The notes: generated from the sequence alone by a model not told the origin. A stretch of 61,176 nucleotides of DNA, filler included, from Pirum gemmata (GCA_002812295.1; 17 parts of 17 records of this genome joined end to end with filler, not necessarily neighbours in it); one strand, 5' to 3'; counted from the whole stretch's first letter, positions 23,366 to 35,963 are shown. Numbers and translations: made by a program.

Positions 23366-25249
23366 TTTTTAAAAAAAAATGCAAGGACTTCGAAGTTCAA
23401 AGGATTTCGATGATTTCGAATCCTTCTTTTTTGAAGTTCTTGATTAGGGGCCGGCTTTTTATATTGTCTATATATTTATTTTTTATCACTGCCGGATAAA
23501 ATTATTATTATAATATGATATTATTATTGTTGTTATTATTGTTATTATNNNNNNNNNNNNNNNNNNNNNNNNNNNNNNNNNNNNNNNNNNNNTTAATTAA
23601 TTAANNNNNNNNNNNNNNNNNNNNNNNNNNNNNNNNNNNNNNNNNNNNAAAAAAAAAAAAAAAAAAAAAAAAAATAGTCTAGCTAACAACAACCTACCTA
23701 GCAAGAGCTCTAGCAAGACAAAGAAATAATCAAAGAAATAATTTTTTTTTTTTTAAGCCAATGAACATTTATAATAAATTTTCTATTTTTCAAAAATGAG
23801 TTAGTACAATCACAATAATAACAAAAAGCATAACAATAAAAATAACAATAACAATGACAAAAGATAATATTATATTATGATTGTAACAATAATAACAATA
23901 ATAACAATAATAACAATAACAATATCAATAATAACAATAATAACAATAATATAATAACAATAATAACAATAATAACAATAAGTATATTAATAATAATAAC
24001 AATAACAATAACCATAACCATAACCATAACCATAACCATAACCATAACCATAACCATAACCATCACCATCACCATCACCATAACCATAACCATAACNNNN
24101 NACCATAATCATAACCATAACCATAACAATAACCATAACAATAACCATAACAATAACCATAACCATAACCATAACCATAACCATAACCATAACTATAACC
24201 ATAACCATAACAATAACAATAAAAATAACCATAACCATAACCATAACCTTAACCATAACCATATCCATAACAATAACCGGTTCAAAATCAAACCTGTGCA
24301 ATTAGGAAATTCTTGAAAACCCGTTTCTCACGCGCGATAGTGGGTCAATGGGTAAAATTTTTGTATCAAATTTTAAAAAGCATAAGGTGTATAAATGAAT
24401 TTCCACCAATAATATTAGGGGGGTAGAATTCAATTAATACAAATATAAGCGTTTAAAAAGTGAAAAGCTCGAAGTTACAGTTTTTCTTTGTCCACGCTCA
24501 CTAAGTAAACACTAAAACAATGTTAGCGAAAGGTTCTTTTTCTTCATTGGTTAAATAAAATTTTGCTCAATCAAAATGCATAAAAAAAAATTTTTTTTTT
24601 TGGGAGAGGAGAAAAATAGTGACATATTCAAACAATCATAGAATGGGATGTATTAATGGTATGAAGGTGATTCTTTAATTAAATCTAACTGAAATTTTGT
24701 CCTTCAACTTTTTTATTAACTAGCATATGGGTAGAATGTGTTCCCCAATAATTTCGGGGCTACTACTTAGTACCATGTATGCCAGAAAATGTGTAATAAC
24801 TCCTCCTTACAATTATTATTGGACTACTTGGAGGCTTCCTTCTAAAAAACTAATTTGTCAATTTTTTCTGTAGACTATTAGTAGACTATTGTAAGATTGG
24901 AAGGATTGGAAAACTTAGACTTCTGTGTGGACGATGAATAATACCATATATAAACTATGAAAAATAAACCCTCTAATAATAATAAACCAGTAATAATGCA
25001 TAATCATACTATGAATAGTATTATTTTTTTTTTTTTTTGCAAATGTGAGTCATGTGACTACTTCTACNNNNNNNNNNNNNNNNNNNNNNNNNNNNNNNNN
25101 NNNNNNNNNNNNNNNNNNNNNNNNNNNNNNNNNNNNNNNNNNNNNNNNNNNNNNNNNNNNNNNNNNNNNNNNNNNNNNNNNNNNNNNNNNNNNNNNNNNN
25201 NNNNNNNNNNNNNNNNNNNNNNNNNNNNNNNNNNNNNNNNNNNNNNNNN

Positions 25250-26477
25250 GGGGAGTAACCAAATTGGGGCAGAGGGGGCAGGGAGGCTTGCTGAGGCTTT
25301 AAAAGCCAATAAAAGTCTAACCACCATAAATTTGCAGGATAACCAAATTGGGGCAGAGGGGGCAAGGAGGCTCGCTGAGGCTTTAAAAGCCAATAAAAGT
25401 CTAACCACCATAAATTTGAGTAGTAACCACATTCAGGCAGAGGGGGCAGAGAGGCTCGCTGAGGCTTTAAAAGCCAATAAAAGTCTAACCACCCTAGATT
25501 TGGAGGGTAATTTAATTGGGGCAGAGGGGGCAGGGTGGCTGCGGGCAGAGAGGCTCGCTGAGGCTTTAAAAGCCAATAAAAGTCTAACCACCCTAAAGTT
25601 GGGGGATAACCATATTGGGGCAGAGGGGGCAAGGAGGCTCGCTGAGGCTTTAAAAGCCAATAAAAGTCTAACCACCATAGATTTGGGGAGTAACCAAATT
25701 CGGGCAGAGGGGGCAGGGAGGCTCGCTGAGGCTTTAAAAGCCAATAAAAGTCTATCCACCATAAATTTGAAGGATAACCGAATTGGGGATGAGGGGGCAG
25801 AAAGGCTCGCTGAGGCTTTAAAAGCCAATAAAAGTCTAACCACCATAAATTTGAAGGATAACGAAATTGGGGATGAGGGGGCAGAAAGGCTCGCTGAGGC
25901 TTTAAAAGCCAATAAAAGTCTAACCACCCTAAATTTGAAGGTTAATCGAATTGGGGCAGAGGGGGCAAGGAGGCTCGCTGAGGCTTTAAAAGCCAATAAA
26001 AGTCTAACCACCTTAAAGTTGAGGTATAACCAAATTGGGGCAGAGGGGGCAGGGTGGCTCGCTGAGGCCCTGCAAACCAACAAAACTTTGACGTCATTGG
26101 ACGTTTATGCAAATAATATAGGGGATGAAGGAGACATAGATCTAGACAATCTAGACAAGGAAATAGAAAAAAATATAATGAAGTTGTTTGAAACGTTGAT
26201 GCAGAAGAAAAGACTAACCTGTAACGATATAGTATACTTAGATAAGTGTGATATTTCTGTTTTACCTGATCATACAACTAGTCTTGGGCGTTTGACCAAA
26301 ATAATACAAGAAGCCAAAGTGATGTATGTAACTACAATAATTAATACATTAACTTCGACACATCGTTTGCCAAAAAAATTAATATTGATGATATGCAAAA
26401 ATATGAAAATTCGAGATCTAGTTATATATTTTCGAGCTGCTCCTGCTTCTTTTCCAAACCTCAAAGTGCAGATTTAG
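25250..26477 (+). CDS. Ribonuclease-inhibitor-like (NLRC3-type) leucine-rich repeat protein, 5' end in an assembly gap
   Basis: About 10 near-identical 28-aa repeats xNxIGAEGAxRLAEALKANKSLTTLxL (84-bp unit), then a unique C-terminus. The ORF-track N-terminus upstream of the Ns is not credible. Confidence 0.88.
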
Positions 26478-26798
26478 TAAAGAAATAAAATAATCTCAAC
26501 TGTGATTCATGTTATTTGTTATTATTAATTAATTATTATTATTATTATTAATTATTATTATTATTATTATTATTTATTATTATTATTTATTATTTGTTAA
26601 TTAATTTTTTTAATTGCCTTGTGCATTTTTTCAGCAAATTTTGGATATTACTTTTTACACTGGATTTCATAAATGCTATCATTCAATTACATTCCAATTT
26701 TTGCTACCATACTAACGCATTGAACGTTATAGTTTCAAAAAGCAAAACAAAAAATAAAAAAAATAAAAAAAATGAAAAAATGAAAAACTGAAAAAAAC

Positions 26799-26966
26799 AA
26801 ACGAGGAATGTCAAAAGTAGTAAACGAGGAATGTCAAAAGTAGTAAACGAGGAATGTCAAAAGTAGTAAACGAGGAATGTCAAAAGTAGTAAACGAGGAA
26901 TGTCAAAAGTAGTAAACGAGGAATGTCAATAGTAAACGAGGAATGTCCAAATAGTAAACGAGGAAG
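26799..26966. repeat. 23-bp tandem repeat, 5 perfect and 3 degenerate copies
   Basis: AAACGAGGAATGTCAAAAGTAGT at 26799, 26822, 26845, 26868 and 26891, with no spacers. Confidence 0.92.
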
Positions 26967-27129
26967 TTTACTGAGGGTTTAAATTTACTTTTCGTTTACT
27001 TTTACCATCCTTCATTAATTCCTCGTTTGTTTTAGATTCTTTTTTTCCTAGTTTGTTTTAGGTTCTATTTCACTAATGTTATCAACATCATGATCAACTT
27101 TATATACTATGTGGTCTTTTATATTGTTA

Positions 27130-27948
27130 TTATGGGCTAAAAAAAACTAAAAATTTATGAAAGTAAACATTAAAGAGTTCATTAAAGTCATTTAAATACC
27201 TAGTTAAAAACTTCTTTTCTTTCATTGTTTCTACAATGTCATCTCTAATTGCTACGATCGCTTCTTTTATTCGATTGTTAAACATAAATTATTATCGTGG
27301 GTATAATATATTTCATTAAAGTACTTTACCATAATCTTCTTTTTTCGTTTGTTTACAACAACAAAAGACTCATGTAGTTTTATACGCTAGAAAAGATTTT
27401 TATTTTATAACTGCCAAAAACACCATTAAAAATGTGGCTACTTCAGGAGGTATTGTTACTGATTTGATTATTGCTGCTTATGATAGTGTGTTTGATGAGG
27501 TTGATAATAATATTGCTATAAAACTAACCACCTTCAAAAATGTGATTTTGGTCTTATATCATAGTGAAATGAATGGCAATCTTACACTCCGTATACTAGA
27601 CAACCCGAAAAACTACATGAGTCTTTTGTTGTTGTAAACAAACGAAAAAAGAAGATTATGCATATGGTAGTTATAAAATAAAAATCTTTTCTAGCGATGT
27701 TTAGAAAATCATTATTAATACGAACATAAAGATCATTAACATCCAATGCACCTGATTCAGTTAGAGACCATTTACCACTTTGTAACTGCAGCTCACCAAA
27801 GTTATCTACTGGATCTTTCTGATGTAGTAAGACATTTTTTATAGTTATATTGGGCACTTTTACTACATTAATGCTTGAGTCTACATTAGTAATATGAAAA
27901 GTGATAAACATAGTATATGATATAAGACCAAATCACATTTTTGAAGGA
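27130..27948. pseudogene. Rearranged coding fragments, including a decayed relative of the 3580-4344 protein
   Basis: The minus strand from about 27383 reads KLHESFVVVNKRKKKIMVKYFNE, then after a frameshift MFNNRIKEAIV..RYLNDFNELFNVYF. A second ORF is split between strands at the shared peptide ARKDFYFIT. Three inverted block duplications are present. Confidence 0.55.
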
Positions 27949-28887
27949 AGGCGTTTTTTAACTTATCACTATTTTGTATATTTTCTTTACAAAATGTTAA
28001 TGATTTCGTATTTCTCAAATGACTTTTGACTGTATCGCTACAATTAACAGTACACTTGAAAATTTAGTTACCGAAAATTTTGGATCTTTGTCCATTTCTA
28101 TTTAAATTTCCCGTGCTTAGTAACGGAAAACGGATAAAAACTGATAACTTAAAAAAAAATGTATTTATTCCAATTTGCCATAGGAATCACAAAGAAAAAA
28201 CTGTAAATTTTGGAAAGTTTAAATGCATAACAATGACAATGACAATAGATAATAATTTATTATATTATGATTGTAACAATAATAACAAAAATCATAACAA
28301 TAAAAATAACAATAACAATGACAATAGATAATATTATATTATGATTGTAACAATAATAACAATAATAACAATAATAACAATAACAATAATAACAATAATA
28401 ACAATAATAACAATAATAACAATAATAACAATAATAACAATAATAACAATAATANNNNNNNNNNNNNNNNNNNNNNNNNNNNNNNNNNNNNNNNNNNNNN
28501 NNNNNNNNNNNNNNNNNNNNNNNNNNNNNNNNNNNNNNNNNNNNNNNNNNNNNNNNNNNNNNNNNNNNNNTGTTAGCTGACTATTTTTTTTTTTTTTTTT
28601 TTTTTTATAAAATGTACAGTAATAAGTACCAAATTAACTCTATATCGAATTTATTTGGTATGATTTAAACAATTTGGTATGTTTAGTTATTTATTTTATC
28701 ATTTAAACTAAACACATTTATAAATCTAAAAGTACCAAATAAACAACCAAAGTCACAAAATAAATGAAAAGCCAGATAGACTATTATTATTACCAAGATA
28801 TTTTTCAGACAATAAATAAAAAAAAAAGTATAAATACGTGAATAGTGACTATTGAAACTAAATATTAATATTATGAAATATATTTTA

Positions 28888-29201
28888 GCCAATAAAAGTC
28901 TAACTACCATAATAAAATTGTGGGATAACCAAACGGGGTCAGAGTTTTCAGTCAGGCTCGCTGAGGCCAATAAAAGTCTAACCACCATAAATTTGAGGGG
29001 TAACCGAATTGGGGCAGAGGGGGCAGGGAGGCTCGCTGAGGCTTTAAAAGCCAATAAAAATAAAAGTCTAACCACCATAAATTTGAGTGGTAACCGAATT
29101 GGGGCAGAGGGGGCAGGGAGGCTCGCTGAGGCTTTAAAAGCCAATAAAAGTCTAACCACCCTAAAGTTGGGGGATAACTATATTGGGAATGAGGGGGCAA
29201 A
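28888..29201 (+). CDS. Second RI-like LRR gene fragment with irregular repeats, truncated at the scaffold end
   Basis: Same 84-bp LRR unit as 25250-26070 (GNRIGAEGAGRLAEALKANKSLTT), with small indels (ANKNKS, RLAEANKS). Preceded by TTTTAG, a possible acceptor. Confidence 0.65.
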
Positions 29202-30848
29202 NNNNNNNNNNNNNNNNNNNNNNNNNNNNNNNNNNNNNNNNNNNNTTAATTAATTAANNNNNNNNNNNNNNNNNNNNNNNNNNNNNNNNNNNNNNNNNNN
29301 NGATCCGTCCGACCCCCCCCCGGAACCCCTATTTTCCGATTTCCGATTCGGAATGAACACCTCTGGGAACCAGATTTCAGAAAAATAAGGGTGTTGAGTC
29401 ACTGTTGACACTGTGAGACTGAGACGGAAGACGACGTCATTTTTTTTTTTAAAAAAAAACTTGTAATAGACTAAAATCAACCCTAGCCAGCAAGTGAATC
29501 AACTTCGATAAGAATAGTTTACTAGCTCGAATGCTATAATAATTATTTTTACTTTTAGTAGTGAGGACTCAGGAGTGTAACAGCTAGTGTAACGCTATTT
29601 TTGGTTAAAATATTTTCATGCATTGTGGAAGTATTGTGGACTCTAACACTACCCTAACATACCAGTAACATACCCGTAACAGTTCCCCTAACATAGTCTA
29701 CCCTTAGTAACATACGGTTACATACCCTAACATAATAATTTAATTAATATAATCGAAAGAAGTAGCAGACAACTGTTGCAAACTTGAAGGTGGCACTGTG
29801 CCTAGGGCACTGTGCCAATCTCATGACAATCTTCACTCTTCGCGCCGTGCTTGAAGTGCGTTTTGCTACTACTAGCTAGCTACTAGAGGCTGAGAGAGGC
29901 TAGCTAGCAAGCTAGTCTATGATAGGCATTGATAGCTTATAAATTGATATCATATCCGGATAGTATCATAGCTAGCTACTATGATACTACTACTACTAGA
30001 AGTGTTTTGAGTCTTCTGAGTCTAAAGTTCTGCAGTCTTTTCAACTCTTTTGACCTATATGTTTTTTTAAAAAATAATTTAGACACTCAGACAAGGCCCT
30101 ATCTGAGGCTATCTATAACTACTAGCTAGTAGCTAGCTAGTTATGATAGATAGTATCTAATCTATAGATGATGGGTCTATCCGGCCTACAGACAATTTTT
30201 TTATATATCATATTTTTTTTAACGTTTTTATGTATAAAATAGTATAAAAATAGCTATAAAAATATATATTTTTTAAAAATACTGAAAAATAACAATTTCG
30301 GATAATACAGTGGGATCAATCACTGATCAATCCCAAATCCACGGTCGTCACGACTCACCAGACTCACCACCCCCAAGCTGTATTTGACCGGAAATTGGCG
30401 TTACGTAGTAGTATTTGAACGCTCCCTTATAATGTTATTGTAATTTGTAATGATAATAATATGATAGTCTAGACTAGAGCCTATTATTTTTTCAAGCCGG
30501 ATAAATTTGGCGACGTACATGAGCTCAAAATCCAAAAAAACTCAAAATGATCGAATTTTAAATGAAAGTACAGCCAAAAACTTTAAAATTTTCTGACTAA
30601 TAAAACTCTATTATGAACCAATTGCTAGTTTTTAAAAATAAATTGGCTAGTTATCATTAAAGGTTTTTCTTTTAAGAAAAGAAGTCTTTAAAAAATGACT
30701 TCTACAGACTAGACTACAGTTTTATTTTTTTTTACTCTTGCCAGTCGCTACCGATTCGAATGATATTTTCAAGCTAATTAAATATTTAAGTTTGATTAAT
30801 CGAGCCAATATTAAACGAAACAACGTTCAATATTATCATAGTATTATC

Positions 30849-31029
30849 ATGCTTTTCAGGTATTTTGTCGTCATAAAATATACAATAAATAGTACCAAAT
30901 TAATACACTATAAATCCATTTTATTTAATTTGGTATATTTTATTATCTATTTATTCATTTAACAATGTCAATTAAAAAATTATAACCAACCAAATAAATA
31001 TTCAGAGTGACAAAATAAATGAAAAGCAC
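30849..31029. mobile_element. MITE family A copy
   Basis: ATGCTTTTCA..TGAAAAGCAC termini and a full-length conserved body. Confidence 0.8.
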
Positions 31030-31110
31030 AATAAAAATAAAAACTAAATTTAGTAAACCAGCTTTATTTAATGAAACGAAAACTCTCTAATAGAATAGTA
31101 ATAGAAAGTG

Positions 31111-31310
31111 TCGTGTTTTTCAAAAGTGTTGTCCAGTTCAAAAACTGAAATAAACATACCAAATTATTATTATGGCTAAACTATCAGACATGTTTTAATT
31201 AATTTGGTATTTTATACATAATATTTTTTTTTATAATCAAGTTCAATTACACACTTAAACAGTGCTAAATTATAGAGTGAGGGGGCAACTGTAATGAAAT
31301 AGACGATATT
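31111..31310 (+). mobile_element. Dispersed repeat family D (MITE-like)
   Basis: TCGTGTTTTTCAA..GTTGTCCAGTTCAAAAACTGAAATAAAC..AAATAGACGATATT. Homologous segments at 33545-33697, 14705-14833 and 50501-50553. Confidence 0.7.
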
Positions 31311-31486
31311 GTGCATCATGCAGGCTATCAAAAGTCTATCAAACTCCATGAAAAAATTCCGTAGTCCAATATTTCAACTGAATATTTCAAGGTAGTGTAG
31401 GCTAGTGAACTGGCTAGTGCTAGCTAGGCTGTTAGCTACTATCGATAGAGTCTAGCTAGCTAGAGGCTGTTACGTGGTCCAGCTAG

Positions 31487-32158
31487 CTAGTGCCTACAAG
31501 CGCAGAGAAAAGGACAGCGCCGTCCATCCCCCCCCTTTTTTTTTTGTGATATCGAACATATAAAGTTAGACTATTTTTTTTTTTTTTTAGTTCGAGCCTC
31601 CTTTTTCTATGTTTTTTTTTTAAAAAATCGTTTTTTACGTTTTTGATAAGAAAATATTGGTGTACATCAAAAATAAATATCATTTTGGAACTCAGCGGCA
31701 TGAAAAAACTTATACATACCGAACATCATAGACTATGCATCAGCAAACTGGTGTCATAGAATTCACTTCTGGACTGCCTTTTTTGCAAAAAAAAAAAAAA
31801 AAANNNNNNNNNNNNNNNNNNNNNNNNNNNNNNNNNNNNNNNNNNNNNNNNNNNNNNNNNNNNNNNNNNNNNNNNNNNNNNNNNNNNNNNNNNNNNNNNN
31901 NNNNNNNNNNNNNNNNNNNNNNNNNNNNNNNNNNNNNNNNNNNNNNNAAAAAGAGAAAAACTACGACGTCTCAATCATTAAAAGTTGCTTGTTCGAAAGG
32001 TTCTTTTCAATCGTACATCATATAATTCATGTTCATGAAAGATGAGATAATTTCAAGTTGATTTGAAACAACTTTTGTCTTAATAGCGGTTTTGGTTGTC
32101 GAGTTCTAGATACTTGAAGCTGCGGACGGCGCCGTCCGCGTACACGTATAGGCACTAG
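31487..32158. mobile_element. Putative non-autonomous TIR element
   Basis: Left end CTAGTGCCTA..GGACAGCGCCGTCC. Right end GCGGACGGCGCCGTCCGC..TAGGCACTAG, with a perfect 18-bp palindrome at 32122-32139. The element spans an internal N gap. Confidence 0.55.
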
Positions 32159-32178
32159 TGTGTTATTAATGTGTTATT

Positions 32179-32358
32179 GTGCTTTTCATTTATTTTATCA
32201 CTCGAAATATTTATTTGGTAGGTTATAAACTTTAAATTGACATTTTTAAATTAATAAATAGATAATAAAATCTACCGAATTAAATCAAATGGATTTTAAC
32301 TATATTAATTTGGTACTCTTTACTGTATATTTTATGTTGACAAAACAATTGAATAATA
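32179..32358. mobile_element. MITE family A copy
   Basis: Left TIR GTGCTTTTCA and conserved body. Right TIR degenerate. Confidence 0.7.
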
Positions 32359-32828
32359 GTAAGTCTATGATCTAGTATGATAATAGTCTAATAATAATAA
32401 TAGTCTACTAATATTAATATTAATATTAAAAAATACTAATACTAATAATAATAATAATAATATACTATATAGCTAATATATACTAATAATAAATAATGTC
32501 ATTCGAATTCTTTCTATTGTTTTCCCATTAAGCCTTCATAGAGACACTTCAAAAAGTGAGCAGTGTTTTTATCATTACCATTATGACAATCATAATCCCA
32601 AATATCCCTAATATCTGCTCTAATAATAATAATAANAATAAATAGTACCAAATTAATACAATATAAATCCATTTCATTTAATTTGGTATATTTTATTATA
32701 TATTTATTTATTTAAAAGAATTAATTTAAATATTACAAACAACCAAATAAATATACGGAGTGACAAAATAAATGAAAAATACAATAGACCAGCCTATGAT
32801 AGCTAGCTAGCTAGCTAGTAGGGACTCG

Positions 32829-33051
32829 GAGCGTTCAAATACTGTTCAAATGCTACGTAACTTCCGGTCAAATACAGCCTCAAATACCCCTACAACTACC
32901 TACCTACCCCTCGACGCTAATTTTCTGTCCCCTACCTACTCCTTGACGTTAATTTCCCCTACCCCTACCTACCTACCCCTCGACGTTAATTTCTGGTCAA
33001 ATAATACCTATCTGCCTACTCCTTGACGTGACGTATTATCATTTGAACGCT
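32829..33051 (-). mobile_element. MITE family B, near-complete copy
   Basis: TIR AGCGTTCAAAT..ATTTGAACGCT, with internal tandem CCTACCTACCCCTCGACG units. Confidence 0.78.
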
Positions 33052-33230
33052 TTGCACTACCCCTACATCTACACTACATACCCCTACCTACCTAAGCTAT
33101 ATTATTATGATAGACTATGTATCGATAGTCTAGTACATACCCAGCAGACTCCCAGGCAGCTAGCTAGCTAGGCCAGTCCCCCCCCCATACGGCCAGTGAC
33201 CAGTGATCAGTCACCAGTTCCAGGCCTAGT

Positions 33231-33290
<60 letters not shown>

Positions 33291-34710
33291 AGCAACAGAA
33301 CAACAACAACAACACAACAACAACAACACAACAACAACAACAACAACAGCAATGGCAACACAAACAACAACAACAGCACAACAACAACAACAACATCAAC
33401 ACAACCAAGCCTATATAATATATAGACAACCAAGCTGGATCCCCAAAGAAGTTGAAAGAACCATAAAATGACCCAAAAGTTGGTATTCTTTAGACGCAAT
33501 GCACCATATATAATCACACTCCTTTCTATCAATATAAAGTATTGTGTTGTCCAGTTCAAAAACTGAAATAAACGTACCAGATTATTATTATGGTTAAACT
33601 ATCAGACATTTTTCAATTAATTTGGTATTTTATACTTAATATTGTAGTTTATAAACAAGTTCAATTATATACTTAAACAATACCAAATTAAATTATAGCA
33701 GCATACTATTAGCTAGCTAGCTAGCTCTAGCTACTAGCTAGTAGGGTCCTACTATCGATAGCTAGCTAGCTAGAGTAGAGGGACTAGCTAGCTAGCTAGT
33801 AATCTACCAGTAGAGCGTTCAAATAATACGTCACGTCAAGGGGTAGGTAGGTAGGTGGNNNNNNNNNNNNNNNNNNNNNNNNNNNNNNNNNNNNNNNNNN
33901 NNTTAATTAATTAANNNNNNNNNNNNNNNNNNNNNNNNNNNNNNNNNNNNNNNNNNNNATTTTTTTCTCTTTTTTTTTTTTTTTTATAAAACTGTAGACA
34001 TCTTTTTTTTTCTAAAAACAACCCAACGTTATTAAACCCTAACCCTAACCCTCTATTTAATTCTAACTAGCGAAATAATAAATAATAATAATAATAATGA
34101 ATAATAATAATATAATAAAATTTTAATTATAATCAATAATATTATTAATAATAATAATTATAATAGCAAACGAATCCGAAATATATATTATAACAAAATT
34201 TTAAAGCAATTTATAATTCATTAATTAATGAATCACATAGTAACTAATAATGTAAACGTTATAGACGTGGTTATCACACACACACATATATAGCTATAGG
34301 TTCTGGTTGAACTGTTATATTGTTGGAGAATTCACCTACTAACAACTAGAGTACTATATTACCAGTAATTAAAATTAAAATAATAACATTATTAATATTA
34401 TTAATATATTTGTTGAAGAAACTTGAAAAACACCTTTTTTTTAGAGAGGTCAATTTGGTATCATATTATTGTATGATACACAAAAAAAAAAAATAATCAA
34501 TAATAAAACCACAGATTTACGTTTTCCTTCTTTCAAACATTTTAATCTACACTCTAAACATCCTCCCCCACTTTTGCCGAAAATCCATATTTTCAGATTC
34601 AAATCTGCACTCCATCCATTTCTTTTATATTTATAAATTGGTTATGGTGACTTACCAACTTTTGGTAGATTTTTTTTTTTATTTTATTTTTTTATTTTTT
34701 TTAGAAAAAA

Positions 34711-34752
<42 letters not shown>

Positions 34753-34757
34753 GGAGA

Positions 34758-35242
34758 CAGCAAAATTTGCTGTCTAAATTATTTTGTGACGTCACGTTCT
34801 GGAAACAAAATAGAAATATTTAGAGAATGGGTAATAAAACTAATAATAGTGTAATAATGATGTTATGAAGAAAATTCAATAACAAAGTTTGCTTGTTTTT
34901 TAAGCTCTATAAACACAGTTATAAACACTTATATTTTGATGCTATAATTTTAAGCTCACAAAAGCCAAACTGAAGCAAAAAAAAGCAAATCTAGACTATC
35001 TAGATTTTTTTACTAATTTTCCCCCCTGAAAAAAAAGATATTTGCTTTCTAATTATGGCAAAAAAAAAAATATTCCAAATTAGGATTTGTTTTGGCTCGA
35101 TGTAGTTTTTTTCATTTTCGAACACAAATCAACATAAATTTTGCGTCATTCTCAAAAAAAAAGCACCCGTCTGTCAGAGTCTACATATTAACTGGATGAA
35201 TTGACCAATGAAAATGGATAATTTAGACAGCAAATTTTGCTG
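34758..35242. mobile_element. Putative solo TIR element with perfect 25-bp inverted repeats
   Basis: CAGCAAAATTTGCTGTCTAAATTAT (34758-34782) and its exact reverse complement (35218-35242). Confidence 0.7.
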
Positions 35243-35777
35243 ACAGTGACAGGGACGTCTAATTTCATCAAAAATTCGAAATTTTCAAATTTTGTTTCCG
35301 ATAGTTATTAGTCTATAAAAAAAAATTTGGCTATCGATAGTTAGACCGGTTGTTAGACCCTTTCTACCGGTCTACTGGCTGTTACTGTTATCTGTATGAT
35401 TGTATAGTATTGTATCATAAATAGTTCTAGCTAGCTAGCTAGTAGTCTCTAGTAGCTAGCTAGTAGCTATCATAATACGTATAGACCAGCTGGACTACTA
35501 GCTAGTAGAGGCCTACTACTAGCTACTAGCTAGCTATCATACTTGACTATCCGATAGCTATCAGATAGAGTTATGTATCGATCGATAACTTAATAATAAT
35601 TATAGTATAATTATAGTATAATTATGTTGCTATAGGTTGCTATCGTGAGATCATTATTATAGTCTACTGTTTTTTTTTTTTTTTTTTTTTTTTNNNNNNN
35701 NNNNNNNNNNNNNNNNNNNNNNNNNNNNNNNNNNNNNNNNNNNNNNNNNNNNNNNNNTAGTGATTTTATTTATTTAC

Positions 35778-35848
<71 letters not shown>

Positions 35849-35963
35849 TTTTTTTATTTATTTTATTTTATTTTATGATAACGATAACAAAAAATAAACC
35901 AAATAATTAATTTTAATGATAATTAATAATACATACATAGATACATAATTTAACTTATAAACC

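Noticed and set aside
25021..26277. Antisense ORFs over the LRR gene, and similarly over the amine oxidase, GT32 and 57910-60870 genes
   Set aside because: Shadow frames of real genes or of repeats lacking stops.
26799..26966. CRISPR-like 23-bp repeats
   Set aside because: The units are directly adjacent with no unique spacers, there are no cas genes, and the context is eukaryotic.
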